Assembly (NCBI GenBank): GCA_002687905.1
Contig: NZBM01000015.1
Span: forward strand, 2,811 to 66,810
Direction: 5' to 3'
DNA: 64,000 bases
Source: a bacterium
GTDB taxonomy: Bacteria; Patescibacteriota; Minisyncoccia; Phycocordibacterales; JABMNX01
The notes under the pieces are model-generated. The model was not told where the DNA came from. It worked only from the letters and a program-made list of their open reading frames with translations, and ran no database searches. The position numbers and the translations under genes are program-made. Below are positions 39,747-49,466 of this stretch, piece by piece (the first letter of the stretch is position 1; the number at the start of each line of letters is the position of its first letter).

Positions 39747-40697
39747 ATGAATGAAGAGGATTCTATAAAGGCTTACTTAGCTTCAAATTATTTGGTGCAA
39801 CCGGATAAGGTTTCCTACATCAATGAAGGGGTAACCAACACCAACTATTTAGTCGAAACCTCGGACGGTAAATACCTATTTAAAATTTACAATTTTAAGA
39901 GTGAGGATCAGGTGCAGTTTGAAGTTAATGTACTCGAAGAGCTTAGGAGGCACGATTTTCCGTCCCCAAAAGTTATAAGTAGAAAAGACAAATTAAATAT
40001 CGGAGTGTACAAGAAAAAGCCGAGCTTACTTTATGTCTATATTGACGGTGGTGTTAATAAAGACTGGGATGGATTCATGATAAAGAAGGTGGGAAAATAT
40101 ATGGGCAAGAAACACTCTTTACTTAAAGATTTTCCTGACCGCTCAAAGAGTCACACTTTCGATATAGATGAGACTAAAAAACTTGTTAGGGAAGGAAGGA
40201 GTCGTTTTGCTGAAGCAAGTTTTCCAGAGTATGAGAGCCTTCTGTCTTTTGTAGAGAAGAATCTAACCGGTCTTTCTTTGTCTAATGATCTACCTAAAGG
40301 AGTTACACATCACGATATTAAACACGAGAATGTGATTCTAAACGACAAAGAAATTGCTGGGATTATTGATTTTGATCTTTCTTATTATGGTGTTCTGATA
40401 AATGATATAGCGACCACAATCATATGGGAGTGCTTTGATGGCGACGAGATGAATATGGAGAAAGCGCAGTCATTCATTGATGGATATGAGGAAGAAAGGC
40501 CGTTGACTTCTGTCGAAAAAGATAATCTTTGTGAGACAATACATTTTCGGCTAGTCAGAGAGGTGTTCAGCAGCCCCTTTGATGTGCTTCCAAACTATAT
40601 TGAAATAACAAAGCCTCGTTCAGATGAATTTAGGAGGCGCGCAGAGAGATTTCAGGACGCAAAAGCCAACATAAGATTTTCTTTCAAAGGAGACTAA
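39747..40697 (+). CDS. APH/choline-kinase-fold small-molecule kinase (LicA/NahK-like phosphotransferase)
   Basis: Brenner/catalytic loop VTHHDIKHENVIL and IDFDLSYYG (DFG-like). Start at ATG 39747, 3 nt after the upstream stop. The track ORF starts at 39696. Confidence 0.65.
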   Translation: MNEEDSIKAYLASNYLVQPDKVSYINEGVTNTNYLVETSDGKYLFKIYNFKSEDQVQFEVNVLEELRRHDFPSPKVISRKDKLNIGVYKKKPSLLYVYIDGGVNKDWDGFMIKKVGKYMGKKHSLLKDFPDRSKSHTFDIDETKKLVREGRSRFAEASFPEYESLLSFVEKNLTGLSLSNDLPKGVTHHDIKHENVILNDKEIAGIIDFDLSYYGVLINDIATTIIWECFDGDEMNMEKAQSFIDGYEEERPLTSVEKDNLCETIHFRLVREVFSSPFDVLPNYIEITKPRSDEFRRRAERFQDAKANIRFSFKGD

Positions 40698-41656
40698 TGA
40701 AAAAATCCAGCTCAAACACATGCACAATATGTAGCTCATATAAAAACTCCCCTCTATATAGTGGAGAAGGAGTCGAGTTTGTCATGTGTGACAATTGCAC
40801 ACTGATTTCACTTTACCCAAGACCTACAGAGGAAGAGTATGAGAAATTCTATAAAGATGAGTATCAAAAGCATCGTCACGATATAAATACATATGAGCAG
40901 GCAGTAAGGATAAGAGAACAGAAGGGTCTTAAGGGAAAAAAATCGTACATTGAGGAATTGGGCGAATTCTTGAGAGAAGGTATTAGTGTATTTGATATAG
41001 GTTGTGGATGGGGCACTTTTCTAAAACTTCTTAAGGACTCAAAAGGCTTTAATGTAGAGGGGATTGAGCCTGGAGCTATGCAGGCAAGGGTTGCAAGAGA
41101 CTATTACGGACTTAAGGTTGCTAGAGAGACCTTGTCCGACTATGTAGAAAGAAATTCCGGCAATAGATTTGATTTAGTATCAATGATTCACGTGCTCGAA
41201 CATTTTGTGGATCCTGGTAAAGTGCTAGACGATGCAAAGAGCATCCTCAAATCAGACGGAGTGCTTTTTGTCGCAGTTCCAAACACCCCAAGACCAAATG
41301 AGCCGCTTGATCGTTTTTTCCATTTTGAGCATTGTTACTATTTCACACCTCTTACTCTAAACAAGCTCCTCAAAAAGCACGGACTCAAAATAATTTCACT
41401 GACCTCTACAAAAGACGAGTTGCGTGTATCTGCGGTCTTTAAGGAAGACTCAAGGCGGGAGATAGACACTTCGAACTTAAGTAAACTTTACAGCGAGAGA
41501 GAGGTGCGTTCCTCTTTAAATAAGCAAGTGCGGAAGTATAGGATACTCAGGTTTCTTAAAAGTGTTGCTCGAACTATTTTGCCCTGGAGATTGTTTCAGG
41601 TATTGAGAGGATGGATTATTAGCATTCTTAAGAGGCTTAGTGTAATTGATATTTAA
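40697..41656 (+). CDS. class I SAM-dependent methyltransferase with an N-terminal Cys4 zinc-ribbon
   Basis: CTICSS...CDNC ribbon. Motif I VFDIGCGWGTFL. Overlaps the upstream stop (TAATG). Confidence 0.65.
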   Translation: MKKSSSNTCTICSSYKNSPLYSGEGVEFVMCDNCTLISLYPRPTEEEYEKFYKDEYQKHRHDINTYEQAVRIREQKGLKGKKSYIEELGEFLREGISVFDIGCGWGTFLKLLKDSKGFNVEGIEPGAMQARVARDYYGLKVARETLSDYVERNSGNRFDLVSMIHVLEHFVDPGKVLDDAKSILKSDGVLFVAVPNTPRPNEPLDRFFHFEHCYYFTPLTLNKLLKKHGLKIISLTSTKDELRVSAVFKEDSRREIDTSNLSKLYSEREVRSSLNKQVRKYRILRFLKSVARTILPWRLFQVLRGWIISILKRLSVIDI

Positions 41657-41668
41657 AGGACTATTTGT

Positions 41669-42790
41669 ATGAAAAACCCACACCATTTGACTGTATCGAT
41701 TCCTAACTCTACTAAGACATTGGGGGGCGATCGTGTATTTGTTATTGCTGAGATTGGAAAAAATTTCATACAGAGCAAAGAGGATAAATCGGTAGAAGAG
41801 TACCTTAAAAACGCAAAAGCTTTGGTTGATGCGGCAGTAAGCGCTGGTGTTGATGCGGTTAAGTTCCAGACTCATGAGGTGGAAGATGAGGTCTTGGAAA
41901 TAGATTTCACTTCTCCTCATTTTAATAGTTCTGATAGATATTCATGGGTTACAAGGAATATGAACGCAACCCCTCTTGATGATTTTTGGAGGCCAATCAA
42001 GAAGTATTGTGATGAGAAAAACGTAATGTTTTTCTCAACTCCAATGAGCAGATTAGCCGCAAAGAAACTTGAGAAGGTTGGAGATATAAATCTGTGGAAA
42101 GTTGGTTCTGGTGATGTACAGGATTACGTTTTGTTAGACCACATTATTGATTCGAAAAAACCAGTGATTATTTCTACAGGCATGGTAAGCCTTGATGAGC
42201 TTGATGAGATCGTTACTTACATTGACGGCCGTATTCCTCTTATAATTTTGTATTGCATAAGCCAATATCCGTGTCCCCCTGAGATGTTTAACCTCTCCAC
42301 TATCGAGTATTTGCGGGAAAAGTACCCCGATCTCATTATTGGCTTCTCTGACCACTCGGTTGATGGGTTTGAAGTTGATCTAGCTGCAATAAAAATGGGG
42401 GCTCGTGTGGTTGAAAAGCACTTTAGTTTCGACAGGAATCTGTGGGGCTCTGATCACAAAGCATCAATTTTACCTCTCGAGATGAAGGAAATGGTGGAAG
42501 CTATACGAAATGAAGATTTTAAGAAAGTAGATGTTTCTCCTTATTACGGCAGAAAGGAAAAAGAGTTTGAAGGAGTTAAAAATATACACAGACCCTACTT
42601 CAATAAGGCTCTGATGGCTGGGTGTGACATTGATAAAGGGACTGTTGTTACAGAGGATATGGTTTATGCCATGCGTCCAGTGGTGCTTGCTGGGGGACTT
42701 CCTGCAAATTGTCTTAAAAATATAGTTGGAAAAAAGACCCTAGTTTGCCTTAAAAAATATGACCCATTTACTGAGAAAGTAGCTTCCTAA
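41669..42790 (+). CDS. NeuB-family nonulosonic acid synthase (N-acetylneuraminate / legionaminate / pseudaminate synthase)
   Basis: VFVIAEIGKNF...VDAVKFQTH TIM-barrel motifs plus a C-terminal SAF/antifreeze-like domain. Confidence 0.85.
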   Translation: MKNPHHLTVSIPNSTKTLGGDRVFVIAEIGKNFIQSKEDKSVEEYLKNAKALVDAAVSAGVDAVKFQTHEVEDEVLEIDFTSPHFNSSDRYSWVTRNMNATPLDDFWRPIKKYCDEKNVMFFSTPMSRLAAKKLEKVGDINLWKVGSGDVQDYVLLDHIIDSKKPVIISTGMVSLDELDEIVTYIDGRIPLIILYCISQYPCPPEMFNLSTIEYLREKYPDLIIGFSDHSVDGFEVDLAAIKMGARVVEKHFSFDRNLWGSDHKASILPLEMKEMVEAIRNEDFKKVDVSPYYGRKEKEFEGVKNIHRPYFNKALMAGCDIDKGTVVTEDMVYAMRPVVLAGGLPANCLKNIVGKKTLVCLKKYDPFTEKVAS

Positions 42791-42794
42791 TTAT

Positions 42795-43976
42795 ATGAAA
42801 AAATCAAAACCAAAAAAAAGACGTAGAGTTTGTTTTGTAATAACATCTGATATTCATTACACACGGAATAAACTAATTCTTTTTGAGCTTAAAAAAAGAA
42901 AAGACATAGAGCTTAAAATAGTTGTTGGTGGGTCTGCTCTTTCGTCTCGCCATAGCAGTATTGAAGGAGTTGAAGAGAAGCTTAAGAAAGATGGACTTGA
43001 TATAGATGAGAGAGTAACAATACTTGTTGAGGGAGGTAATCTTATAGCGTCTGCAAAAACAGCGGGCCTCGGCGTTCTTGAATTTGCCACTGTATTTGAA
43101 AAAATTGAGCCTGATGTAATTTTACTTAGAGGCGATAGGTATGAAGTGCTTTCCGCGGCCATAGCTGCTGTTCATTTAAATATCCCTATAGCTCACATTG
43201 AAGGAGGTGATGTGAGTGGTACTGTTGATGAAAGTATAAGACACGCCATTACAAAGCTTTCTCACATACATTTCACTACTAACGATGAGTCTAGCGAAAG
43301 GGTCAAAAGGATGGGGGAGAATCCTTCATATATATTTAATGTTGGTTCTCCAGATGTTGAGTATGTTAAAGAATCTGCAGAGAAGTTTTCAATATCAAAC
43401 AAAGAACTACTTAATTTTGGCGTTGGTGGGGATATTGATATTAAAAAACCTTATATTCTTGTCTTGTATCATCCTGTTTCAACTGAATATGGGAAAAACA
43501 AAGAGCAAACAGAAGCTCTTTCAGAGGCGATTAATAACCTAAAAGTGCAAACGCTTTGGTTTTGGCCAAATACAGACGCCGGTACAGACGAAGTTTCTGG
43601 AGTAATGCGAAGGTATCATGAGCAAGTAAAGCCAGAGCATGTTCGCTTTCTAAGATATGTTGCCGAAGATAAGTTTTATGCATTACTTAAAAATTGCGCC
43701 TGCCTTTTGGGGAATTCATCGTCCGGTATTAAGGAGAGTTCGTATTTAGGTGTGCCCGTTGTAAATGTTGGGTCAAGACAGAAAGGAAGAATGAGGGGTG
43801 GAAATGTTATTGATGTTGAGGTACATAAGAAAGAAAAGATATTAAGTGCAGTTAAGGGTCAGATTAAACAGGGGAAATATAAAGAAGATGAACTTTATTC
43901 AAAAAAATCTACTGCAAAGAATATAGCTAAAATACTTGCAACTTCGGAGCTTTATACTCAGAAATCTTTTCACTAA
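42795..43976 (+). CDS. hydrolysing UDP-sugar 2-epimerase (NeuC/LegG type)
   Basis: VCFVITSDIHYTR...HIEGGDVSGTVDESIRHAITKLSHIHF, a NeuC-like signature distinct from the WecB-type at 25410. Confidence 0.75.
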   Translation: MKKSKPKKRRRVCFVITSDIHYTRNKLILFELKKRKDIELKIVVGGSALSSRHSSIEGVEEKLKKDGLDIDERVTILVEGGNLIASAKTAGLGVLEFATVFEKIEPDVILLRGDRYEVLSAAIAAVHLNIPIAHIEGGDVSGTVDESIRHAITKLSHIHFTTNDESSERVKRMGENPSYIFNVGSPDVEYVKESAEKFSISNKELLNFGVGGDIDIKKPYILVLYHPVSTEYGKNKEQTEALSEAINNLKVQTLWFWPNTDAGTDEVSGVMRRYHEQVKPEHVRFLRYVAEDKFYALLKNCACLLGNSSSGIKESSYLGVPVVNVGSRQKGRMRGGNVIDVEVHKKEKILSAVKGQIKQGKYKEDELYSKKSTAKNIAKILATSELYTQKSFH

Positions 43977-43981
43977 AAATT

Positions 43982-44704
43982 ATGAAAAACGTACTGTGTG
44001 TAATAACTGCTCGGGGAGGATCCAAAGGGATTCCTGGTAAAAACATCAAAGAACTAGGAGGAAAGCCTTTGATAGCTTATTCAATTGAGCAGGCAAAAGA
44101 AAATGACCTCATAACTAGAAGTATCGTATCAACTGACAGTGAAGAAATTGCAGAGGTGGCACGAAAATATGGCGGTGAGGTTCCGTTTATGCGCCCGAAG
44201 GAGTTGGCTAAAGACGACACACCTCATTTACCTGTAATGAAGCACGCCGTAGAAGAGATGGAGAAAATAGACGGCATTGTCTATGACTACGTACTTATCT
44301 TTCAGCCCACCTCTCCTTTTAGGAGAAGAGAGGATATAGACGGATCAATAAATAAACTTATTGAAACAGGTCTTGATAGTTTAATAACGGTTTGTGAAGT
44401 TGATACAAATAAGCATCCGGTTAAAATGCGGGTTTTTGATGGGGAAAAGCTCAAACCAATATGCGAGCATTTTGAAATTAAAGAAGGTACGAGAAGACAG
44501 GATTTTCCGCCGATATACAAGAGGAATAGCGCAATATTTGCTATGAAAAGAGATACCTATATGAAGAAAAATAGTTTAATGGGTGACTCAACCGCAGGAT
44601 ACGTTATGCCAATTGAGCTTTCTTGCGACATTGATGAACTTCCCGATTTTAAGCAGGCAGAGTTTATGCTCGAGGACCTTAGGGATAAGGGATACGACTT
44701 CTAA
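43982..44704 (+). CDS. CMP-nonulosonic acid synthetase (NeuA/LegF/PseF-type acylneuraminate cytidylyltransferase)
   Basis: LCVITARGGSKGIPGKNIKELGGKPLIAY matches the cytidylyltransferase signature. Confidence 0.8.
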   Translation: MKNVLCVITARGGSKGIPGKNIKELGGKPLIAYSIEQAKENDLITRSIVSTDSEEIAEVARKYGGEVPFMRPKELAKDDTPHLPVMKHAVEEMEKIDGIVYDYVLIFQPTSPFRRREDIDGSINKLIETGLDSLITVCEVDTNKHPVKMRVFDGEKLKPICEHFEIKEGTRRQDFPPIYKRNSAIFAMKRDTYMKKNSLMGDSTAGYVMPIELSCDIDELPDFKQAEFMLEDLRDKGYDF

Positions 44705-44705
44705 T

Positions 44706-45449
44706 ATGAATATTAATAAAGAGAGGCTGAAGGATGTATATTATGACGGCGTTCCAAACGCTAGACGGATTAATCCAATCTACCGATCTATTTTCGAATT
44801 TCTCTACATTGCCCATAAGGTAGCAAAGCCAGACTCAAAGGTTCTTAATATTTACGCTTCACAAGACTTTTCTGGAAAGCGCGAGGAAATCTACAGAACT
44901 CACTTTTTCAATCACGCAGATTATTACGGTGTTGATTTTTGGCATGACAAATTTATTCCTGAGGGAAAAATAGAAAAAGATGTAGAGGATCAAAAAAGAT
45001 ACGTTATGCCGTATGAGGACAACACGTTTGATGTGGTCTTAACAACAAAAGTAATAATGGAGCATGTGAGTGAGCCCAGAGAGGTTGTAAAAGAGCTCCA
45101 TAGAGTCTTAAAACCAGGAGGTGAGATTTTTATAGTAGCTCCTTTGGTCAGACGCCAGCACCAGATTCCACATGACTATTTTCGATTCACAGAATTTGGT
45201 ATTAGGTATTTACTTGAAAAAGAGGGATTTTCCATTATAGATATAGCTGCGAGCAATGGTTTTATGGCAACCGCGGTTTCCTATGCTTACTTTTTCGAGA
45301 GAGGCCTTAATATACCAAAACCAATAGAGAAGATTTTTGATTTTATCCATAAGTGGGTAGTGGAACCTATTGGTTATGGTCTAGACCGCCTTGATAACGG
45401 ATATGGAAGAGATTTTACAAGATATTTTTTGGTTAGGGCCAGAAAATAA
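44706..45449 (+). CDS. class I SAM-dependent methyltransferase (Methyltransf_11-like)
   Basis: ...FDVVLTTKVIMEHVSEPREVVKELHRVLKPGGEIFIVAP. Start at ATG 44706 (MNINKERL). The track ORF at 44583 overlaps the upstream gene. Confidence 0.6.
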   Translation: MNINKERLKDVYYDGVPNARRINPIYRSIFEFLYIAHKVAKPDSKVLNIYASQDFSGKREEIYRTHFFNHADYYGVDFWHDKFIPEGKIEKDVEDQKRYVMPYEDNTFDVVLTTKVIMEHVSEPREVVKELHRVLKPGGEIFIVAPLVRRQHQIPHDYFRFTEFGIRYLLEKEGFSIIDIAASNGFMATAVSYAYFFERGLNIPKPIEKIFDFIHKWVVEPIGYGLDRLDNGYGRDFTRYFLVRARK

Positions 45450-45466
45450 TCTCTTTATGCAATTTT

Positions 45467-47269
45467 ATGATTTTTGTTAATAAACTATTTAGCAGGTATG
45501 TAGAAATATTTCAACTAGCCTGGAAGGGTTTTGACGCATACCGTTATCAGATACTTTTGCTTGCATCTCTTGGTTTTGTAGGAGGACTCTTGGAGAGTAT
45601 AGGTATTAATGCTGTTATTCCACTTCTTTCTTTTATTATTGGCACAGGTCCTACTGCGGATTTAGACTTTATATCTGAAGCGATACGCTCCGTATTTTTA
45701 TTTTTACATATACCATTTAAGTTTAGATACTTGTTGGTATTTATCATTCTCCTATTTATTTTAAAGGCGGTTGTTACTTTTGTAATTACATACATTACTG
45801 TAAAAATAACCGCAAACTATGAGAGTGAGGTTAGAAGCAAGTTATTTAGGGAGACTCTAAAAGCCAAATGGGGCTACCTTGTTTCTCAAAAATTAGGACA
45901 CCTTGAGACCATCTTGATGACAAACGTAAAATCAAGTTCAGAGATGCTTGAGCGCGTTAGTCAGATGCTCGTACTGTTTTCAGGACTTCTTGTTTATATG
46001 TTGGTTGCGATAAATATTTCTCCAAAAATAACTATATTTGCACTTCTGCTCGGCGGGGTTTTATTTTTTGTTCTTAAACCAGTATTGCGCGCGGCTCGCG
46101 GAACGGCACACGGTATTTTAAATGCAACAAAAGAAGTGGCGCACTATGTTAACGAAAATGTTGTTGGTATTAAAACGGTGAAGACTACGAGCTCTGAAAA
46201 CCCTGTCTCAGAAATTGGAACTAATCTATTTGAGACACTTCGAGTGCTACGAATAAGGTCTACTCTTCTAAGAAGTATTAATAATGTTTTAGTACAACCT
46301 ATCAGCCTCATTTTCATTAGCGTTATATTTGCATTTTCATTTAAGACCGAAGGTTTTGTATTCAGCGCATTTATTGCAATTGTTTACCTTATTCAGAGAA
46401 TATTTACACATTTCCAGACGCTACAGACCAACTTACACAGAATGAACGAATCTGCCCCCTACCTTAGGAATGTAGTTGAGTATGAAGAAGAGCTCCGCAA
46501 AAACATTGAACCTCGGGTAGGTAAAAGTGGAGGATTTGAGTTTAGGAATACTCTTTCGTTTAGCAATGTTAATTTCTCATATGAAAATAATGGACCAGTT
46601 TTAAAAGACATAAGTTTCAAAATAGAGAAGGGAGATATGATTGGAATCATTGGTCCTTCTGGAAGCGGGAAAACAACCGTAGTAGATCTTGTGTTAAGAA
46701 TGTTTGTGCCCGATAGAGGGGAAATAGAAGTAGATAATAAAAATATTGAAGAAATTGATGTTGATGAATGGAGAAGAAATATTGGCTATGTATCACAAGA
46801 TATGTTTCTAATAAATGACACGATAGAGAACAATATAAAATTCTATGACGACTCTATTTCTAATGAAGATATAAGAGAGGCGGCAAAAAAAGCACACATA
46901 TTAGATTTTATTGAAGGAACCGAGAACAAGTTTCAAACTAATATAGGCGAGAGAGGGGTAAGGTTATCCTTTGGCCAGAGACAACGTATTGTTCTTGCAA
47001 GAGTACTGGCTCGCAAGCCAGAATTGCTAGTTCTAGACGAGGCAACAAGTGCGCTTGATAATGAATCGGAGGAGCAGATTCAAAAAGCAATTGAGGGTCT
47101 TCGTGGGAATATAACGACACTCATTGTCGCCCATAGACTCTCAACAATAGAAAATGCAACAAAATTAATTGTTCTTAAGGACGGGGAAATATTGGAAGAG
47201 GGTGATCCCAAAAAACTTATTAAAGATGAAGGTTCTTATTTTTACAAAGTTCACAATATTCGAAAATAA
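45467..47269 (+). CDS. ABC exporter, fused permease + ATPase (MsbA/ABCB-type)
   Basis: Six-TM N-terminal domain. Walker A GPSGSGKTT, signature LSFGQRQRIVLARVL, Walker B LLVLDEATSALD. Confidence 0.85.
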   Translation: MIFVNKLFSRYVEIFQLAWKGFDAYRYQILLLASLGFVGGLLESIGINAVIPLLSFIIGTGPTADLDFISEAIRSVFLFLHIPFKFRYLLVFIILLFILKAVVTFVITYITVKITANYESEVRSKLFRETLKAKWGYLVSQKLGHLETILMTNVKSSSEMLERVSQMLVLFSGLLVYMLVAINISPKITIFALLLGGVLFFVLKPVLRAARGTAHGILNATKEVAHYVNENVVGIKTVKTTSSENPVSEIGTNLFETLRVLRIRSTLLRSINNVLVQPISLIFISVIFAFSFKTEGFVFSAFIAIVYLIQRIFTHFQTLQTNLHRMNESAPYLRNVVEYEEELRKNIEPRVGKSGGFEFRNTLSFSNVNFSYENNGPVLKDISFKIEKGDMIGIIGPSGSGKTTVVDLVLRMFVPDRGEIEVDNKNIEEIDVDEWRRNIGYVSQDMFLINDTIENNIKFYDDSISNEDIREAAKKAHILDFIEGTENKFQTNIGERGVRLSFGQRQRIVLARVLARKPELLVLDEATSALDNESEEQIQKAIEGLRGNITTLIVAHRLSTIENATKLIVLKDGEILEEGDPKKLIKDEGSYFYKVHNIRK

Positions 47270-47353
47270 AATAAACACATAGACTTGACATGGTGCGTAA
47301 GAAGTGGTACTTTTCTTACAGAATTTTTGCAATCTGAAGAGGGAGTTTGAACG

Positions 47354-48409
47354 GTGAAAAAGACTATTATGATGGTCGCGGGCGACCCTGGGCCTTCAGG
47401 ACTTTTTGAAGTATTGGCAGATGAATTGACTAGACTGGGTCATGTGGTCAATCTTCTTGTTCGCAAAGATCTACCCGACGTAGTTTCTGGTAAGCATATC
47501 GACTCTATAAAAACATCCAATGCCCTTTTAGTTGGGATGTCCTCAACCAGTGAGGTAGCGGCAAGCGAGATCGCGTGTGCTGAACTGGCAATCAGTTATG
47601 GAGTGCCGGTGGGTCTTTTACCCGATACATTTGGAGTGATCAGCCGACAGGGTTTTGAGGAAGTTGGGAGAAAGGCTAGTTTTGCCTGTGTTCTCAACGA
47701 AGACGAAAAATACCACGATAGGTCGGTAGTTAAGCCTGAAATTTCTTACGTTACAGGGGATCCGAGATGGGACATCTATTTTGCGCCTCCTCGGCTTACT
47801 AGAGAAGAAGTTTTTGGCCGACTGGGAGTGGGTCTTGATCGTGAACTTGTTCTTTTCGCAGGATCAAAATTCTCAATAATGACTGCGGGACCATTAATGA
47901 TCGGACTTACTGCGATCCATGGTCTTGACCCGTCAGCAGCGCGTATACATGCGGTTCTGGGGCTACACCCAGCAGATGAATGCACCGCAGGTGAATATGA
48001 ACCCCAGGTCACAAACCTATTCAGGAATTCGCCGGTCAGTTTTTCTATCTTACCTGATGAATTAAAGACCGACGAGATGCTTCCACATGCCGTGCTTGTA
48101 ATTGGCACGTCGTCGTCTACGACCATTCACACAGCGTGTAGGCGTAAACCCGGCTTATGGCCGGGTGGCAATCCTTGGGAAATGGAGCTTTATGCAAGTA
48201 TCCGCACCTTTGCTTGGCCCCCTTGTGATCAAGGAGCTTTTCTACGTCGGAAAGGTCTCACCCCCGAGCTTCTTGGGGAACTACTTGATCCCGATTCCAA
48301 AGTCCGTAAAGATATGCTTTTGGCGCAAGAGAAGATGTTCCCGAAGCCGGAAGGAAGCGAAACTGCAGTCTCTGAAATGACGAGGGTCATCCTGGCGCAC
48401 GCCAAGTGA
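47354..48409 (+). CDS. hypothetical protein in a GC-rich segment (GTG start)
   Basis: A long ORF with a GAGGGAG Shine-Dalgarno site before the GTG. Composition is markedly GC-richer than its neighbours. No confident family. A GT-B-like N-terminus is possible. Confidence 0.4.
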   Translation: MKKTIMMVAGDPGPSGLFEVLADELTRLGHVVNLLVRKDLPDVVSGKHIDSIKTSNALLVGMSSTSEVAASEIACAELAISYGVPVGLLPDTFGVISRQGFEEVGRKASFACVLNEDEKYHDRSVVKPEISYVTGDPRWDIYFAPPRLTREEVFGRLGVGLDRELVLFAGSKFSIMTAGPLMIGLTAIHGLDPSAARIHAVLGLHPADECTAGEYEPQVTNLFRNSPVSFSILPDELKTDEMLPHAVLVIGTSSSTTIHTACRRKPGLWPGGNPWEMELYASIRTFAWPPCDQGAFLRRKGLTPELLGELLDPDSKVRKDMLLAQEKMFPKPEGSETAVSEMTRVILAHAK

Positions 48410-48431
48410 AGTTCAGGTTTCGGAAGGCCCA

Positions 48432-48465
48432 AACGGCGAGGACTACGTCCTCGCCGTTTCCTTAT
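48432..48465 (+). terminator. hairpin AACGGCGAGGA-CTACG-TCCTCGCCGTT (weak T-tract)
   Basis: An 11-bp stem 20 nt after the 47354..48409 stop. Confidence 0.4.
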
Positions 48466-48514
48466 GAAATATAGTTAGTTATAGGGTTATAATATACGTT
48501 CAGTATTTAAATAT

Positions 48515-49462
48515 ATGGAAAATAAGATACTAATTTCTGCTCCCTACATGTACAGGGAAATGGAAAAGATAAAGGAAATGCTCAAGGACTACCCTTTTGA
48601 TGTGGATTGGATTCATGTTGAAGAGAGGCTTGAAGAGGAAGATTTACTCCCGGTAATTCATAAATATCAGGGAATTCTTTGTGGTGACGATAGAATTACA
48701 AAGAAAGTTATTGATAAAGCAGAAAAGCTCAAAGCTATTGTTAAGTGGGGGACAGGGATTGATTCAATAGACAAGGAGTATGCGGAAACAAAAGGTATTA
48801 CTGTATTTAGAACTCCAGGAGCATTCACCGAGCCCGTATCAGATACAACCATTGCAATGATGCTAAACGAGGTACGTGGGCTTGTTAGAAATGATCGAGT
48901 GGTAAAAAGTGGAGAGTGGGAAAAACCCCAAAGCTACATGTTAAGGGAGAAAGTAATCGGAATAATTGGCTTTGGTGACATTGGCAAGGAGGTTACGAGA
49001 AAACTCAAGGCCTTCGGTCCGAAGGTACTAGTAAACGATATAAAAGAGATGGATCCCAAAATATTTAATGATTTGGATGTTGAACACACTTCAAAAGATG
49101 AGATTTATGAAAACTGCGACATTATTACAGTGCATTGTGATCTAAATCCTGAAAGTGAGCATGTTTTAAATAAGGAATCTTTCTCCAAGATGAAAAAGAA
49201 GCCGTACGTTATAAACAATGCGAGAGGTCCACTTATAAAAGAAGATGAGCTTGTTGAAGCACTGGAGAGTGGGCAAGTATCTGGGGCGGGACTCGATGTG
49301 TTTGAGGATGAGCCTCTACCGGTGGATTCGCCTCTTCGAAAAATGGATAACGTTATCGCGTCTTGTCACAATACAAACAGTAGCCCAATGTGCTGGGATG
49401 CAGTACATAAAAATTCACTCAATATGATGGTCGAAGGTCTTGATCTTAAAATGTCTAATTAA
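48515..49462 (+). CDS. D-isomer-specific 2-hydroxyacid dehydrogenase (NAD-binding)
   Basis: GIIGFGDIGKEV Rossmann motif. Catalytic His/Glu/Arg region. Confidence 0.75.
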   Translation: MENKILISAPYMYREMEKIKEMLKDYPFDVDWIHVEERLEEEDLLPVIHKYQGILCGDDRITKKVIDKAEKLKAIVKWGTGIDSIDKEYAETKGITVFRTPGAFTEPVSDTTIAMMLNEVRGLVRNDRVVKSGEWEKPQSYMLREKVIGIIGFGDIGKEVTRKLKAFGPKVLVNDIKEMDPKIFNDLDVEHTSKDEIYENCDIITVHCDLNPESEHVLNKESFSKMKKKPYVINNARGPLIKEDELVEALESGQVSGAGLDVFEDEPLPVDSPLRKMDNVIASCHNTNSSPMCWDAVHKNSLNMMVEGLDLKMSN

Positions 49463-49466
49463 AAGC

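Noticed and set aside
44583-44705. Upstream extension of the methyltransferase ORF (start at 44583)
   Set aside because: It would overlap the NeuA-like gene by about 120 nt. An ATG at 44706 directly follows that gene's stop and gives a normal-length methyltransferase.
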